A stretch of DNA of 64,000 nucleotides from an uncultured delta proteobacterium (lineage in GTDB: Bacteria > Myxococcota_A > UBA9160 > SMWR01). The notes beneath the pieces were generated by a model. That model was not told where the DNA came from. It saw nothing but the letters and a program-made list of their open reading frames with translations, and searched no databases. Every line of letters begins with the position of its first letter. Position 1 is the stretch's first letter. This document shows, one piece after another, positions 61,182 to 64,000 of the stretch. The stretch is from positions 224,001 through 288,000 of the forward strand of contig CAWHTE010000003.1 in NCBI GenBank assembly GCA_963832165.1, given 5' to 3'. The position numbers and the translations under genes are program-made.

Positions 61182-62885
61182 ATGGGCGACGCGATCGTCA
61201 TCGCCAGCGACCACCGCGGCACGAAGCTCAAGGCGGCGCTGCGCGAGCGGCTCGAAGCGCAGGGTCATAGCGTCACCGACGTCGGCTCGTTCGGCGACGA
61301 CTCCGTCGACTATCCCGACTACGCCGCGGCCGCTGCGCGCGCGGTGTCGCGCGGCGACGTGCCGCGCGGGATCGTGATCTGCGGCAGCGGGCTCGGCGTC
61401 AGCTACACCGCGAACCGCTTCCCGGGCGTGCGCGCGGCCTGGGTGCAGGACGTCGAGGCGGTGCGCATGGCGCGCGAGCACAACGACGCCAATATGCTCG
61501 CACTGCCGGGCGATCGGCTCGACGTCGAGCGCGCCTGGCCGCTCGTCTCCACCTGGCTCGAGACGCCGTTCGAGGGCGGGCGCCACGCGCGGCGCGTCGA
61601 GAAGATCGACACGCTGTCGTCGGGTGCGGGCTCGATGCGCGCGCTTGAGCAGGCCGATCCCGACATCGCCGATTGCATCCGGCGCGAGGCGCGCCGCCAG
61701 GCGACCGGCATCGAGCTGATCGCTTCGGAGAACTTCGTCTCGGAAGCGGTGCTCGAGGCCGCGGGCTCGGTGTGCACGAACAAGTACGCGGAGGGCTATC
61801 CGGGCCGGCGCTACTACGGCGGCTGCGAAGTCGTCGACGAGATCGAATCGCTCGCGATCGCGCGCGCGCTCGAGCTGTTCGGCGCCGATCACGCCAACGT
61901 TCAGCCGCACGCGGGCTCGCAGGCGAACGAGGCCGTGTACCGCGCCGTCTGCGAAGTGGGCGACACCGTGCTCGCGATGAACCTCGACCACGGCGGCCAC
62001 CTCACGCACGGCAGCCCCGTGAACTTCTCGGGCAAGCTGTACAAGATCGTCCCGTACGGCGTGCGACGCGACACCGAGCAGATCGACTACGAAGAACTGC
62101 GCCGCCTAGCGCTCGAGCACCGCCCCAAGATGATCCAGTGCGGCACCACCGCCTACTCGCGCCAGCTCGACTTCGCGGCGTTCCGCTCGATCGCCGACGA
62201 GGTGGGAGCGGTGCTGTTCGCCGATATCGCGCACATCGCGGGGCTGGTCGTGAGCGGACTCCACCCGAGCCCGATCGGCTGCGCGCAGATCGTCACGACC
62301 ACCACGCACAAGACGCTGCGCGGGCCGCGCGGCGGCCTGATTCTGTGCGACAACGAGTGGGCGAAGAAGATCGACAGCGCGGTGTTCCCGGGCGGGCAGG
62401 GCGGACCGCTCATGCACATCATCGCAGCCAAGGCGGTCGCGTTCCGCGAGGCGGCGAAGCCGGCGTTCCGCGACTACTGCGCGGCGGTGATCGCCAATGC
62501 GAAGGCGCTCGCGGCGGGTGTTTCGCGCGCGGGCTTCAAGGTCGTGTCGGGCGGAACCGACACGCACCTGTTCCTGCTCTCGCTCGTCGATCGCGACACC
62601 ACGGGCAAGGGCGCCGAAGCGGCACTCGGCCGCGCCGGCATCACCGCGAACAAGAACATGGTTCCGTTCGATCCGCGCAAGCCGGCCGTGACTTCGGGCG
62701 TGCGCATCGGCACGCCTGCAGTGACGACGCGCGGAATGCGCGCGCCCGAGATGGAGCAGATCGCCGGATGGATTGCGCGCGTGCTCGAGCGTCCTGGCGA
62801 CGTGGAGGAGCTCGACGCGATTCGCGTCGAGGTGGAGGCGCTGTGCCGGCGGTTCCCGCTCTACGCCGGGCATTGGAGCGAGTGA
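61182..62885 (+). CDS. glyA: Ribose-5-phosphate isomerase B - serine hydroxymethyltransferase fusion
   Basis: RpiB motifs [30 protein letters not shown] continue without a stop into Gly[30 protein letters not shown]. Confidence 0.9.
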   Translation: MGDAIVIASDHRGTKLKAALRERLEAQGHSVTDVGSFGDDSVDYPDYAAAAARAVSRGDVPRGIVICGSGLGVSYTANRFPGVRAAWVQDVEAVRMAREHNDANMLALPGDRLDVERAWPLVSTWLETPFEGGRHARRVEKIDTLSSGAGSMRALEQADPDIADCIRREARRQATGIELIASENFVSEAVLEAAGSVCTNKYAEGYPGRRYYGGCEVVDEIESLAIARALELFGADHANVQPHAGSQANEAVYRAVCEVGDTVLAMNLDHGGHLTHGSPVNFSGKLYKIVPYGVRRDTEQIDYEELRRLALEHRPKMIQCGTTAYSRQLDFAAFRSIADEVGAVLFADIAHIAGLVVSGLHPSPIGCAQIVTTTTHKTLRGPRGGLILCDNEWAKKIDSAVFPGGQGGPLMHIIAAKAVAFREAAKPAFRDYCAAVIANAKALAAGVSRAGFKVVSGGTDTHLFLLSLVDRDTTGKGAEAALGRAGITANKNMVPFDPRKPAVTSGVRIGTPAVTTRGMRAPEMEQIAGWIARVLERPGDVEELDAIRVEVEALCRRFPLYAGHWSE

Positions 62886-62931
62886 CTCTCGCAGGATCTC
62901 CAGTGCCGAGAGCCGGCCAGGTCTCCTAACC

Positions 62932-63387
62932 GTGCGTTGTCCCTACTGTGCGGACTCGTCCAACCGGGTGATCGACTCGCGGCTCGGCCGCGACGGCACC
63001 GAGATCCGCCGCCGCCGCGAATGCATCGAGTGCGGGCGGCGCTTCACGACGCGCGAGCGCGTCGAGGAGGTGCTGCCGAAGGTCGTGAAGCGCGACGAGC
63101 GCCGCGAAGACTTCTGGCGCGAGAAGATCCTCGTTGCCGTGCGCAAGGCATGCGAGAAGCGCCCCGTCTCCGCGGACGCGCTCGATCGCCTGGTCGATCG
63201 CGTCGAGCGCGGCGCACAAGAGCTCGGACTGAAGGAGGTGAGTACGCGCGCGATCGGCGAGCGCGTGCTCGCGGAGCTCGTCGAGCTCGACACGCTCGCG
63301 GCGGCGCGCTTCGCCTCGGTGTTCCGGAACTTCGAGAACGCCGACGACTACGCCGCGTTCTTCCGCGATCTCGAGAAGGCGCGGTGA
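62932..63387 (+). CDS. nrdR: Transcriptional repressor NrdR
   Basis: CPYC..VIDSR..IRRRRECIECGRRFTT, ATP-cone, RFASV. Confidence 0.95.
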   Translation: MRCPYCADSSNRVIDSRLGRDGTEIRRRRECIECGRRFTTRERVEEVLPKVVKRDERREDFWREKILVAVRKACEKRPVSADALDRLVDRVERGAQELGLKEVSTRAIGERVLAELVELDTLAAARFASVFRNFENADDYAAFFRDLEKAR

Positions 63388-64000
63388 CGCCCGAGCACGC
63401 GATGCGGCTCGCGCTCGCGGAGGCGCGCCGCGCGAGCGGCCGCACGTTTCCGAATCCGCCGGTCGGCGCCGTGGTGTTCCGCGGCGAGCGCGTGCTCGGC
63501 CGCGGCCACACGCGCCCGGTCGGCGGAGCGCACGCCGAGGTTCTCGCGATCGAAGCGGCGACGCGCCGCCACGGCGCGCGCGCGTTGCGCGGTGCGTCGC
63601 TCGCGGTGACGCTCGAGCCGTGCTCGCACGTGGGCCGCACCCCGCCGTGTGCGGATCGCGTGATCGACGCGGGGCTCGCGCGCGTCTGGATCGGACACCG
63701 CGACCCGCACCCCGCGGTGGCGGGGCGAGGCGTCGCGCGCCTGCGCCGCGCCGGCGTGCGCGTGGAGATCGGCACACTCGAGCGTGAGTGCCGCGAGCAG
63801 CACCGCGGCTTCCTGTGCGTGCTCGCGTCGGGGCGGCCGTTCGTAGCCCTCAAGCTCGCCGCCACGCTCGACGGGCGAATCGCCACGGCGGCGGGTGAAT
63901 CGCGCTGGATCACGGGTCCAGAGGCGCGTGCGGCCGGACACCGGCTGCGGCGCCGTGTCGACGCCATCTGGGTCGGCGCGCAGACCGCGCTCGCGGACGA
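63384..64000 (+). CDS. ribD: Riboflavin biosynthesis deaminase/reductase RibD (3' truncated by window)
   Basis: PNPPVGAVV, HAE, TLEPCSHVGRTPPC, LKLAATLDGRIA..SRWITG. Confidence 0.93.
   Translation, partial: MTPEHAMRLALAEARRASGRTFPNPPVGAVVFRGERVLGRGHTRPVGGAHAEVLAIEAATRRHGARALRGASLAVTLEPCSHVGRTPPCADRVIDAGLARVWIGHRDPHPAVAGRGVARLRRAGVRVEIGTLERECREQHRGFLCVLASGRPFVALKLAATLDGRIATAAGESRWITGPEARAAGHRLRRRVDAIWVGAQTALAD

Overview
High-GC (roughly 70% by eye) bacterial chromosomal segment made mostly of core genes. The pilA-pilG/H/I-pilD arrangement, a Tgl-like lipoprotein, many sigma-54 and TPR genes and a DnaK paralog suggest a Myxococcota/deltaproteobacteria-like organism (inference). In order: ugd-manC; a Crp regulator, PAS kinase, sigma-54 regulator and long TPR lipoprotein; LysM-dprA-trmFO-xerC-hslVU; REC-GAF; argB-argF; a J-domain/TPR protein with a lid-less DnaK and a PAS protein; argG; an ABC1 kinase; a secreted nucleosidase-fold protein; acyl-CoA synthetase; diguanylate cyclase; a Cys-rich secreted orphan; SDR; aspS-icd-mdh-sucCD; 2-oxoacid:ferredoxin oxidoreductase; tgl-like, HTH, recO, glyRS, ppdK; two tandem ECF sigma factors; tRNA-Glu; a type IV pilin cluster; tRNA-Gln; yceD-rpmF-fabD-acpP-fabF; an rpiB-glyA fusion; nrdR; ribD. 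I saw no prophage, IS or CRISPR array. The most interesting unexplained signals are (1) a 192-nt intergenic element closed by a perfect 25-bp inverted repeat with internal stems, a candidate ncRNA; (2) a dispersed modular mini-hairpin repeat family with compensatory base changes, several copies apparently translated within protein termini; (3) a sigma-54-driven ECF-ECF-small protein unit with a switch-like structured leader; (4) an 18-Cys secreted protein with a possible beta-pore-forming hairpin; (5) a 20-bp duplication of the tRNA-Glu 3' end that appears to supply the RBS of an exonuclease gene. Six apparent +1 frameshifts are most likely assembly errors.
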